This document shows positions 32,001-37,496 of a stretch of 56,046 nucleotides of DNA, in pieces (within the stretch, counting starts at the first letter, position 1; each line of letters begins with the position of its first letter). A program made the position numbers and the translations under genes. The stretch lies in assembly GCA_947628845.1 (NCBI GenBank), contig CANRBK010000001.1, positions 1-56,046 of the forward strand. The letters run 5' to 3'. The DNA is from an uncultured Clostridia bacterium (GTDB lineage Bacteria; Bacillota; Clostridia; TANB77; CAG-508). The notes beneath the pieces are model-generated. The model was given only the letters and a program-made list of their open reading frames with translations. It made no database searches and had not been told where the DNA came from.

Positions 32001-32540
32001 ATTCACTGGTATCAACCACATGCTGATAACGATCGTCCAGATGGAGCAAACTTTAAATATTTAGCATGGCAAATGGCAGGTGAAAAAGGTTACTATGATG
32101 GTTTAACTGCATACTATAGTTTATCTTATGTAGGTCAAAAAACACAAAGACCAGGCTTAAAAACAACTGACTTAATAGCATTACAATATATAACTGGTGA
32201 TAATACAATGACATATAAGAGATTTAAGATTGAAAGATATAATGAATTAGCAGAGTACTATAATAGACAAGATACTTATATAGATGCACAACAAATTTGT
32301 AAAGAATATTATAATGCCTTACAAGCAGATGCTAAAAACAATGATAGAAATCTTACATTGAGTACAGCAGTTAAGAGAAAGTACTTCAGCTTGCTAAGAA
32401 GTGAAACACAAGACTTCACAATAGATCCATTTAGCCAAAAGACAAATGCAGCAGTGTATAAGACAGAAAATATAGTAAATAATTTAAATGGAAACGAATC
32501 AGAAAGTGTTATAGAGAATCAAGCAGAAACAATTGAATAA
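20049..32540 (+). CDS. Giant (4,163 aa) surface protein: signal peptide, cohesin, TM hairpin, dockerin, Pro/Thr linker, Ig-like super-repeats, C-terminal M26 (Zmp/IgA1-protease-like) zinc metallopeptidase
   Basis: AAGGTGG RBS lies 8 nt before the ATG at 20049 (MKKISIFLLTIIISLVITTNVKA), so that start is preferred over the caller's GTG at 20037. Domain evidence is given in the sub-features and findings. HETLH is at 31488-31502. Confidence 0.9.
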   Translation: MKKISIFLLTIIISLVITTNVKAADNVILKSTKDKVNLGEEITISLDLNVENIISLYAYTAKLSYDKDVFEIIEKDNFEESENWSDITYNTKNNKFALINKEGDTKTNSLQIKLKVREDATPGKTIIAVNSITASDGEKDIKLDSESVEVMILKDGLAENESIPINTENEVTEENTIIEVEKDYSWIAYILIALMIIIFIFVIYYYIKSEQEETPTNKRITIISTSIIILIILLIFIIIILADKKADVNKDSQVDYEDTKDIIEYLLEIKNPNEDENISDKDINKDGQITIGDVAKSVNQATNQSYKNSSSNIKNSNKTTSSSEQTNPNEPVTPSEPTTPNEPTSPSEPANPSEPTTPSEPIKATIISSMPTNYYVEKGKNVEITYTIEDNTNEDVKQIRINGVAIAVTKVSDGVYKISAPIDGTIPQNRKVKLEVTEIIYTTEVVSTIHTTEVEILKLVPTITDDYITHKEDKSILHFNLVDEDDTFISGKVVVIAEDGTKTEKEFTHNGNNSIEIEISDFIKYNIKIEVTYDLDTNKNDNVNKKENEIIKEHEVLLEKNYNLQVTDFKLVSVTEDIVTLQFTSTNETQNKYYIENVIINNKEYTVIREGNTYIVNVPTEDFGKERSRLILQEVIINYIGFDKEIYFNDIEDILVFKTHPTATIDGIIVGENQNTISVNNIKIIDNDNTINKKYAVLKYGENIVSKKEITENAVTFNTENIENIYKAGKYTIEIAADYDAVDGKEHIVETIGTSEEFTIAICAQIVSSELNTYPKKNENMTIKYKIKDNTDEQVTAIYINGEKRDATKVEENVYSVSYTAPETSGPASITASKICYGTEEIVVTNKVDNIDVLKTKPYLLNKQEDDFEIYEDFANKTITVVFTIVDPDNASIEKEGYVTLAAGHFTDTSGNNMPKYNIGEKTTITFKDVTNGSYMLQIYTPPYDLDSNPNDDKNHYIDVSNGSRTAMRIVEFMQDPSQFHVDNITAKTDLKGTTKYLNKNEKYKLSFTADAINTSDQYYYPQYIRIKGDSNISERTFELERNGKTYITKEYLDGYDNIGPTEVEIESIILNNNEVISLTDKKLQIEVLKEKLDISDFVVNMDSQAEKATITYNMTDTDNSFISGKIVITDTENEEEQKIITIEKGKTSYDVKLTPFKNYTAELFITYDLDGDNTLGSENQKEEIFATANIELKVDYELSISDLQVVNIDKEKSVATLTFKSTNVSKHKISFVKVEGQEELCGVGYNKETDTYTFEYKINSEKLATKERTEIKIKQVKLDNNDELDIAQEIAAIIFKNKPTIENLKLEVIDNIKITAAFDVKDTDNTLNYLYVGLKNSAGNEVIEDTLEPTDRDVTFDITEPDKYTIVVKGSFNLIDGEEHNKDVLKESDEVAEIQVNAKILESILQNKYPNKNETIEIQYKIMSNTNFKPTKVTINDNKEYELIPTGKPDIYKISYQVSDVPGQVDLKVSKIYFENEQFVTLETPYIDSIDVLKSVPIVNITSEDFVEKGLVMFNIDVTDPDGAMTSGKAFVHENEGVKTLESGPNTLIVNVEPDTSHTLTIEIEYDLDSNTIQETENKNKSTISEKRIFTLTSNYNLEINNLHAINPTTGEDIKYVNKGEQIQLRFNSVNSTELTPKKVFLNDMQNEESDGTLYDVYPVENSKNEYYVNLTAENKAGNQKFEIESVILSSGKTINKEQFKDNKNPIVDLVILKTKPTISGYTSSNVGNSVIVTFNITDNDKALNNSKIKLINEITNVEITSKDITEGTNNHTFDALEPGVKYIIRLENSYRLSDDGKNDNTEIFKDDHIEITKKEESNFKARNLKVTERVPINKKAQVSFENGVMSYQDVDKITIDDVEYSVEKDDKGVYKLELEPKEKGVNTIQVQNAKIGEKTFPINRPLSYTYEFAIPEAKEVTEIEEEAGKAIIKYKLEDPDKSIRGLTAYMKNSSGSVATQINVEKYSIENGVENIVEMSLLKLNTYSIELRATCDIGNGTTEEKTLFEKDKISPPQVTVIKNEIDKEYVEKGGKVVLTFVINTNVDSDVKKIYINQDGYNVEKVLDEDKKVIPDTYTVTLEAPKEAGVFEQNVTSIKIGDSQIDADYDKDLEKNKVCIKVLKDVPTLTHFIVNEQEGKITFKVNDEDKALSKSINSKLIVKQEDREVGTAELNKGGTEYDLDLEKIGMTAKSYPQPYNVVVNSTYDLRPDAPENMNIFQKIKNFFTGNKNEVKTIANGDTTENEDGEEEPEEPKEGIRVSDIFNKNIELTGNISYNLDFEDKGRYYLFNMKTPVEVEFDCSTGTRYKVEKVILEGKEYPVVITKELGDNKYTYQAMYIPSSYSQESIQYNKIILENGKAFDINETIPCMIVQAEPTFSITNFTEDTKERKVRFGYKLVDDDKKLADSPTFTLKDSQGSILQTIKAKDGENMVEFDIPDPPTSIYNLSVTVPKYVVSGWDYTEIWEAYNDSHKSSVTTSILSSEIQNKYPKKGETIEIIYNISSTRVVLIDKEDHTNQDKAVSITKMIINGKEYDVETLDEKDYGKEKYRVYYTAKDDDGIEEINVSKILFSNGDEEEFPRKDKIDILKETPQIVDFKTENNIETGKVTFKFKVLDPDSVLGTNSIYAQVDENGETQPVNIGENTLTFDAKLNQLSKFKVKATYDLDSDQLTTETDDNSYEMNTIFEKPFILTEEYAINFSNIKKYNSKGEETEYFEKNEDIKLTYECTTNWQEIYPELIVINGENYTPQKVDNEPNTYFVKLKSANNAGKADITFDRILLNSGNEVSLTGQKTTYEVLKDIVAVDEFTYTIGDNNDKIQLQINIKDIDSSNKNLTLEIKDEYDHPININKSTLNVGKNIIEFDKTSAGKYFASIYSTYDRDMDENNSKNNATNERIHYSIITVNTRYIEMKDIVDIELYKYGKTGEAERVDSITPESLNPIENCLVKVIMKDIPEFYSNITKYSIEDNKLKLVLEYTDAMVFNGNAELKPLEVTLELSSNGTAEYQYDKSFNSLIDEMKANPEGTFNLTKDYDLAGYAANNDDSTSIIDFEFKGILNGNGHRIYNLGKPLFNTLKDATIENIIIDKPEPKILSNTAILAKLVEGTTIKNVHIMNPICNFTGHAGIIAFDVKNKSVIESCSVTNIVGNYNGYAQLTSGFVTNLYDSTIKNCYLQGKIGGGWHFNAAFVKSADKYSEISNNIVNVTYTPSWDNNYGGNGGLTYTPDGALLKNNLCLIESGKASIIHYNGSLNKDSKNNYQLEESTAPKNENEKGIETISKKDITSEFFKNILEFSSEIWNIPNDASISNLPTLKSVSESYSDNGVQPENSKVYIPDYNRVTKLAEYKKNKEITYHNMYKIMPFYDAKELINDGNKIPDGNILNTKLIKYIVPYNKDGKMVTYLTTENYNSLGKIKMVFEDGTTQEHHIDFDDYYGNVASYMISDLKIGYNYNRYVIDTKLKIVQELIEEASKYEFTRDLEPLTTKIEDSRLYKEHFEKVTKNHIPEFVVNSLVNLGYTPAFESDVLDNKIRQELIDTNKLKQLLFAYNYFTYWYNLDMQGINLADAVMFQANQMFDDRMNLENMSSNLINESNSATNGTAGFYNNYLASLTKCSNLGLFLDYYVTTLTDYKDGNEWFKDNFKGGIYETVDIERNGTDYTIWDHVKKDGKVQNDILPALTVPENSMFIISAPTQVCFGSLRVYVNNPNDEKQIEQFRENKLKLYLDQIKSFYVFGYDFWGADTLNKYCDVQYDMRTTYTGRREETVYNNPLTTEENYHKYFIEAINRWAGTSGGAYANGSEVFWNVIKMLDGGFRVSTHETLHNQDSKIFMNNYGRRGGAEDYAAGFLQQYYRDGWVSPNIFDEEPNKENTTQNLHRSTVNTNDKLTKFYRNYFRTNDFLDYIEAQAFFKLSDEEKAKLVTQVSYPKKSDAEQDEGDSTVAYQPLTLDTVKAMKLDSIEKLWDNRIMLRPKNKEYEVHSPGADTDSIFNIHWYQPHADNDRPDGANFKYLAWQMAGEKGYYDGLTAYYSLSYVGQKTQRPGLKTTDLIALQYITGDNTMTYKRFKIERYNELAEYYNRQDTYIDAQQICKEYYNALQADAKNNDRNLTLSTAVKRKYFSLLRSETQDFTIDPFSQKTNAAVYKTENIVNNLNGNESESVIENQAETIE
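20124..20510 (+). other. Cohesin-like module at the N-terminus of the giant Zmp-like protein
   Basis: NVILKSTKDKVNLGEEITISLDLNVENIISLYAYTAKLSYDKDVFEIIEKDNFEE...IIAVNSITASDGEKDIKLDSESVEVMI. Confidence 0.6.
20604..20774 (+). other. Two-helix membrane hairpin
   Basis: WIAYILIALMIIIFIFVIYYYI, then the charged loop KSEQEETPTNKR, then ITIISTSIIILIILLIFIIIILA. Confidence 0.75.
20784..20950 (+). other. Dockerin module (class C)
   Basis: Ca-loop signatures DVNKDSQVDYED and DINKDGQITIGD, each followed by a helix (TKDIIEYLL and VAKSVNQA). Confidence 0.6.
21027..21132 (+). repeat. About six tandem 18-bp (6-aa) Pro/Thr/Ser/Glu linker repeats
   Basis: The protein reads NPNEPV-TPSEPT-TPNEPT-SPSEPA-NPSEPT-TPSEPI. 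The DNA is ccaa(g/a)cgaaccaacaa(c/g)(t/c) with small variations. Confidence 0.8.
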
Positions 32541-32543
32541 GAA

Positions 32544-32578
32544 AAAGAGAATGTTCGCAAAAACATTCTCTTTTTTTA
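32544..32578 (+). terminator. Rho-independent terminator of the giant gene
   Basis: aaagagaatgtt-cgcaaaa-aacattctcttt hairpin running into a T7 run. Confidence 0.8.
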
Positions 32579-32630
32579 AGTTAATTGCAAACCTTCCTAC
32601 AAAGTAAGTAAAAGTTTGTTTTTTAAAATT

Positions 32631-32682
32631 TGGTTGCGGGGGGTAGACTCGAACTACCGACCTTTGGGTTATGAGCCCGACC
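32631..32682 (-). pseudogene. 3' half of a disrupted initiator tRNA-fMet gene (element-chromosome junction)
   Basis: The reverse complement reads GGTCGGGCTCATAA-CCCAA-AGGTC-GGTAG-TTCGAGT-CTACC-CCCCGCA-A-CCA. That gives the anticodon loop (CAU), variable loop, T arm, acceptor 3' strand and CCA, but no D arm or 5' acceptor strand. Confidence 0.8.
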
Positions 32683-32780
32683 ATTTCCCAGTATTTTTAT
32701 ATTTTAAAAATATTATATATTCTTACTCTTGCAACCATTTCGGAAGTATTTAATACTTCGATTTTTTATATAAATTTATC

Positions 32781-32802
32781 AATGTCCCTTTAATGTCCCT
32801 TA
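32781..32802 (+). repeat. Tandem arm-type repeat (A/T)TGTCCCTT(T/A)A x2 near the integrase end
   Basis: aatgtcccttt-aatgtccctta. The 19-mer tgtccctttaatgtccctt (32783-32801) recurs identically at 42434-42452. Confidence 0.6.
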
Positions 32803-32811
32803 AAATGTATT

Positions 32812-34071
32812 TTAAGTACAGACATTACATTTCATTCCCTTTAAAATTTCAGGTACTATTTGAATATTATTTATAGGCTCTAGCTTTTCGATTTCAGCTT
32901 TATTTGTATCTTCGTCATATTCAACATAGTAATCCATTGTTGTACTGGCTAAGGTATGACCTAAATATTGTTTTATCTGATTTACAGGTATGTTTACATC
33001 TATACATCTTGTTGCAAATAGATGTCTTAATTGATATACACTTAAATGTTTAAAATTATGTCTTTTCAAAATCTTATCAAGTGTGTCCCATAAATAATCA
33101 CTACTTAAAGCATGTCCTAGACTATTCATAAAAATATACTCGTCATCTAGTTGTTTTTTATTTGTATATCCCTTTTGTTGCATAACATATAGCATATATG
33201 TATGCATTAAATTGTTTAACCATTTTTGCAATGGTATATTTCTATAACTAGATAGTGTTTTTAAGTCTTTTTCTTCAAATGTGGACTTAACTTTTTCAAA
33301 GTTATCATCATAATAGGTTATTTTCCCATAATTATCTCTTACTTTTACATTAGCATCTTCATAGCTGTAATGTTTCCATTTCATACCACCACTTTCTCCT
33401 GGTCTAACACCTGTATTCATTATAAAGATGTAGCATAATCCATTCGTTTCAGAAAGTAATATTTCTATCAACTGCTGTTGTTCTGTTGGTGATATTGTAG
33501 GTTTCTTTTTCTGCCTTTGAACTTTTGGTGTACGAATCGTTGGAATAGGGTTAAATTTTATTATTTTATCAATTTCTGCATCTGCAAATGCCATATTTAA
33601 AATACTTTTTATTTCCTTTATTGTTTTAGGAGAATATTTTTTTATGCCTTTATTTTCGTTGCCAGTTGTTAAGTCAGAGAAATATTCTTGAAGAATTAAC
33701 CTATCTAAAGATTGCATAGGGTAGTTACCTAAATAGGGAATAATGTTTGTTTTTATTTTTTCAATGTACCCTTGTAGAGTTCTAGGCTTAACAAACGACT
33801 TTTTATGAATACGAATCCATTTCTTTAACCATTCTTCTAAAGTTATTTTGTCTTTTTCTACATATTCATTATCGTTTGCTTCTTGTTTTGCTTTTATCAT
33901 TTCTTGTACTAGAATTCTCTTATCTTTATTAAATAAAGATATTTGCTTTGATTTTCCATTTACTTTTATTGTTATTCTACCTTCATATCCACCATTTTTT
34001 GGTCTAATAGAGCCCATTCCTCTGGTGTTTCTTTTTTTCTTTACAGACTGATTTTGTGAAGTTTTTACCAT
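32812..34071 (-). CDS. int: Tyrosine site-specific integrase
   Basis: GGAGG lies 7 nt before the ATG at 34071 (MVKTSQNQS...), preferred over the caller's 34116. The N-terminal arm-binding-type segment is RGMGSIRPKNGGYEGRITIKVNGK. The C-terminal catalytic signature is VYQLRHLFATR...YLGHTLASTTMDYY (R..H-x-x-R..Y). Confidence 0.9.
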   Translation of the reverse strand: MVKTSQNQSVKKKRNTRGMGSIRPKNGGYEGRITIKVNGKSKQISLFNKDKRILVQEMIKAKQEANDNEYVEKDKITLEEWLKKWIRIHKKSFVKPRTLQGYIEKIKTNIIPYLGNYPMQSLDRLILQEYFSDLTTGNENKGIKKYSPKTIKEIKSILNMAFADAEIDKIIKFNPIPTIRTPKVQRQKKKPTISPTEQQQLIEILLSETNGLCYIFIMNTGVRPGESGGMKWKHYSYEDANVKVRDNYGKITYYDDNFEKVKSTFEEKDLKTLSSYRNIPLQKWLNNLMHTYMLYVMQQKGYTNKKQLDDEYIFMNSLGHALSSDYLWDTLDKILKRHNFKHLSVYQLRHLFATRCIDVNIPVNQIKQYLGHTLASTTMDYYVEYDEDTNKAEIEKLEPINNIQIVPEILKGMKCNVCT

Positions 34072-34164
34072 AACTTTGCCTCCATTCAATACAGAGAACA
34101 TTAAAAGTAAAAGCACAATATTTAATGTTCTCTATTATAGGGCAAATTTCATTGGAAAGCAATG

Positions 34165-34362
34165 TTAAACAAAAAATCTTCCAGAATTTTGATCAAACCA
34201 GTCTTGTAATTTTTTCTTGTTAATAACAATTCTTCTTTTAAACTTAATGCAAGGAAAATCTGGGTACTTTATTAATTCACTCATTAAGTTTTTGCTAATA
34301 CCTAACATATTAGCTGCTTCACTAACATTTAAGCCTATTTTTTCATTAAAATTTTCATTCAT
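34165..34362 (-). CDS. Excisionase / MerR-type helix-turn-helix DNA-binding protein
   Basis: 65 aa, LNVSEAANMLGISKNLMSELIKYPDFPCIKFKRRIVINKKKLQDWF, immediately upstream of int on the same strand. Confidence 0.6.
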   Translation of the reverse strand: MNENFNEKIGLNVSEAANMLGISKNLMSELIKYPDFPCIKFKRRIVINKKKLQDWFDQNSGRFFV

Positions 34363-35665
34363 TTATATCACTTCCATATATAGATTAGGCACATTTATCA
34401 TAAACTGCCTTATGGAAGGGCAAACTTTTCGGGTCAACACATACTTTTATTAATTTTTTTAGCAAATCACTTCCTTTCTCATATATAATTTTATAACCTT
34501 TTTTTATTAATTTCAATAAGCACGGCTAAAAAAATTTTTTCGTTGATATTTAGGGTTTTTTAAGCACTTTTAGTATGGAATTTTAAATTCCTTAGGCATT
34601 TTTTTATTATAACTTATGGTATTTGTTTTAATTAAAAATAAAAACTATAAAGGCTAATTTTAAAGCATAAGACTTAAACAATTTATTTAAAATTGTAAGT
34701 GCTTTTTCAAAGAAAAATAGTAGTATCCTCCAGTTAGAAACAACAAATATAACTTGTCTTACAAAAATTTTAGCCAAATTTAATAATTATCCACATTTTC
34801 TTAACAATGTATTGATAAGAACAACAGAAATCAAAGAAAATAACAAAAAGATTTATCCTATTTAATGAGAATTCTTTAAAAAAGGATATTATGGTGATAA
34901 GTTAAAAGTAATAAATTTTTTACAAGATTTTGGCTGTGCTTAAGTTAAGCCGTTTACAAAAGTTATTTAGAGATAAAAACGATAATTTTAGAAATATTTT
35001 ATATAGTAATATGGTAAGTAAAAAAGGTGATATATTCGTTCATAATACACGAAAAATCAATGATAATACGTTAGTAGCAAGATATATTATGCAAGTATAA
35101 AAAACGACTTATAAGATTTTATCAAGGCTATTAGCCAGTATATATAACTTTTCTTACAAATGAACATTTATTATATCATATTATTGTAGCAACTGAAGAT
35201 AATAAAAAAGGAATTGTAAAATTTATAAATTCCTATCCCTTTTCACTCCTTAAAACTGATAAATTAATTTTGGCATTTCCTAATAGTGGAGAGCTAGAAA
35301 ATATTGACTGTGAAATACCATTTTTATATACTACATATCCTGAACTTGTGGTATTAAATAATGATGGAGATGAGGAAAATAAGGAAATTTAACTTTTTTT
35401 ATATTTTATACTCTTTTATAGTTTTTGTCTAGAATTCTAAAATTACTTTTCCTATTTATATAGTTTGCAACTATATAAATAAAATATTTACTAAATATTT
35501 TAAGTTGATTTTTATTATTATTTGATGAATAAAAATAGTATGATACTTGAGAGTATGATATAATCAATAAAGATAAATATATCATCTTACTTATTTTTTA
35601 TAAGAAAATTTTTTTGAAACTTTTTTTTAATTAATGGGTATGTATTATTGAGAGTAGGGTAAAAT

Positions 35666-37282
35666 ATGGAAAAAGATTTGGATATGAAATTATATAATGA
35701 ATATTTACAAGGAAAAGAAGAAGCTTTTGAATTATTATACAATAAATATAAAGATAAAATAAAATATTTTATTTTTAATTTAATAAAAGACTATCAGAAA
35801 GCTGAAGATATTACTCAGGAAGTTTTTATATATATATTACAAAATAAAGTAAGGGAAGGCTATAGTTTTAAATATTATATATATCTAATTGCGAAGAGTA
35901 GAGCACTAAATCATATAGATAAAGAAAAAAGAAGGTCAATAATATCAGAAAAATATTTTCTAGAAAAAACAGAGGAAACGGAAAAAGATATAAGTGATAT
36001 TATAACACAAAAAGAAACAGAGAAAGAACTTATCAAAGCTATAGATATGTTAGATGAAAAATATAGAAATGCAATATATTTAGTAAAAATAGAAGAATTT
36101 TCTTATAAAGAAACAGCAGATATACTGGGAGAATCAGTTCAAAATATAAAAAATCTTATCCATAGGGGCAAAAAAGAATTACGTAAAAACTTAATAAAGA
36201 AAGGATTCGATGAAATGAATAAAGTCTCAAAAATGCTAATCATTATATTGTGTATAAGTATTGTATTATCAGGAGTTGTTTATGCTACAATGAAAATTTA
36301 TAAAAATATAAAAAGCAAAGCAGAAATGACTCCTACATATACAAGTAAAATTTCTACAATAGATACTAACAAGGTTTGGATAGGAACGTTTAATTTAGTT
36401 TGGAATGACTTTATGAATGATGTAATTGGAGGGAAAATTGAATTTGAGAATGAATATTCTGAATTAGCAAATGAATTAAATAAACAGAGTTTCACAGTAG
36501 AAAATTTATCAGAAGAAGATTATTTTAAAATGCATGGAGTTGCAACTTTCGATTTAAAAAATATAATTGAAAAAGGTATAAGCCAAAAGTTTAATGAAGA
36601 AAGCAAAATATTAGAAGAAGTAGAATGGGGAAATCCAGATGGTTATGTCTTGTATGCAATGTTAAGAAAAAAATTTAATTATTTAGAAAATTTTCCAACG
36701 TTACAAGCAAAGACATTTGGTAATACAGAAGAGAAAATTAAATACTTTGGAATAGAACCTAATACTAATCAAGATGCAAGTAAAAATATAGAAATTCTAT
36801 TTTATAATTCAAAAGATGATTTTTCAATAAAGTTAAAAACAATAGAGGGAGAAGAAATTTATTTATATCGAACATCTGGAGAAAATAAATCATTTGAGGA
36901 AAATTATCATGAAATGTTGGAAAAACAATTACAATATTCAGGAAATAAAAAGTGGCAAAAAAATGATATCTTAAGAATACCTTTTATAAAAATAAACGAA
37001 GAAATAAATTATGATGAATTATGTGGCAAATATATAAAAGGTACAGATTGGTATATTAGACAAGCTTTACAAACAATAGAATTTGAATTGAATAATTATG
37101 GTGGATGTGTTAAAAGTGAGGCATTAATAGAAGCGTTAAAAAATAGCATAAGCAAAGTAGATAGAGAATTTATATTTGATGATACATTTTTATTATATTT
37201 AAAAGAAGAACATAAAGAAAAACCATATTTTGCATTAAAAGTTGATAATACAGATATATTGATAACATATAATGAAAATTAA
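35666..37282 (+). CDS. ECF-type sigma-70 factor fused through one TM helix to a ~330-aa serpin-like extracytoplasmic domain
   Basis: Sigma region 2: YKDKIKYFIFNLIKDYQKAEDITQEVFIYIL. Region 4: YRNAIYLVKIEEFSYKETADILGESVQNIKNLIHRGKKELRKNL. The TM helix is MLIIILCISIVLSGVVYA (~36221-36283). The C-terminal domain shows serpin-like motif order: GYVLYAMLRKKFNYLENF, IEILFYNSKDDFSIKL, ILRIPFIKINEEINYDEL, ALQTIEFELNNYGG, FIFDDTFLLYLKE. Confidence 0.6.
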   Translation: MEKDLDMKLYNEYLQGKEEAFELLYNKYKDKIKYFIFNLIKDYQKAEDITQEVFIYILQNKVREGYSFKYYIYLIAKSRALNHIDKEKRRSIISEKYFLEKTEETEKDISDIITQKETEKELIKAIDMLDEKYRNAIYLVKIEEFSYKETADILGESVQNIKNLIHRGKKELRKNLIKKGFDEMNKVSKMLIIILCISIVLSGVVYATMKIYKNIKSKAEMTPTYTSKISTIDTNKVWIGTFNLVWNDFMNDVIGGKIEFENEYSELANELNKQSFTVENLSEEDYFKMHGVATFDLKNIIEKGISQKFNEESKILEEVEWGNPDGYVLYAMLRKKFNYLENFPTLQAKTFGNTEEKIKYFGIEPNTNQDASKNIEILFYNSKDDFSIKLKTIEGEEIYLYRTSGENKSFEENYHEMLEKQLQYSGNKKWQKNDILRIPFIKINEEINYDELCGKYIKGTDWYIRQALQTIEFELNNYGGCVKSEALIEALKNSISKVDREFIFDDTFLLYLKEEHKEKPYFALKVDNTDILITYNEN

Positions 37283-37496
37283 GAAAAATTTTAGAGTAAC
37301 TATTAAGAATTTATCATATATTTTGTTAGATACTTAATAGTTACATATAGATTCTTCGGAAAATTACTTGACAAAGTAAGACTATCATAAAAGTTGTGTA
37401 AATCGGATTTCTGTTCGACTCTGTCAAGTAAAGTGTGTAATTTTTTTTTGATTTTAAAATTTTTACAAAATCGATGACTAAAAATAGCCATCGGTT

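Noticed and set aside
1-32540. Interpretation of the cohesin/dockerin genes as a cellulosome.
   Set aside because: No glycoside hydrolase, carbohydrate-binding module, SLH domain or CipA-like multi-cohesin scaffoldin is present in the window. The payloads are adhesin-type repeats and a metallopeptidase.
12398-32684. Other alternative-frame and antisense ORFs within the 1,365-aa gene, the LPKTG gene, the antiporter and fadD-like genes and the 4,163-aa gene. Examples are 12398..12589, 12552..12791, 13905..14219, 15459..15782, 16253..16570, 17330..17662, 21012..21332 and 25769..26143. Also 32499..32684, which spans the terminator and the tRNA fragment.
   Set aside because: The reasons are the same as above. 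In addition, 21012..21332 is simply the reverse reading of the Pro/Thr tandem repeat, and 32499..32684 overlaps a terminator hairpin and a tRNA half.
34217-34453. A 78-aa + strand ORF overlapping the xis-like gene.
   Set aside because: It is antisense to a well-formed HTH gene that has a GGAAGTGA RBS. Its own product is low-complexity and has no RBS.
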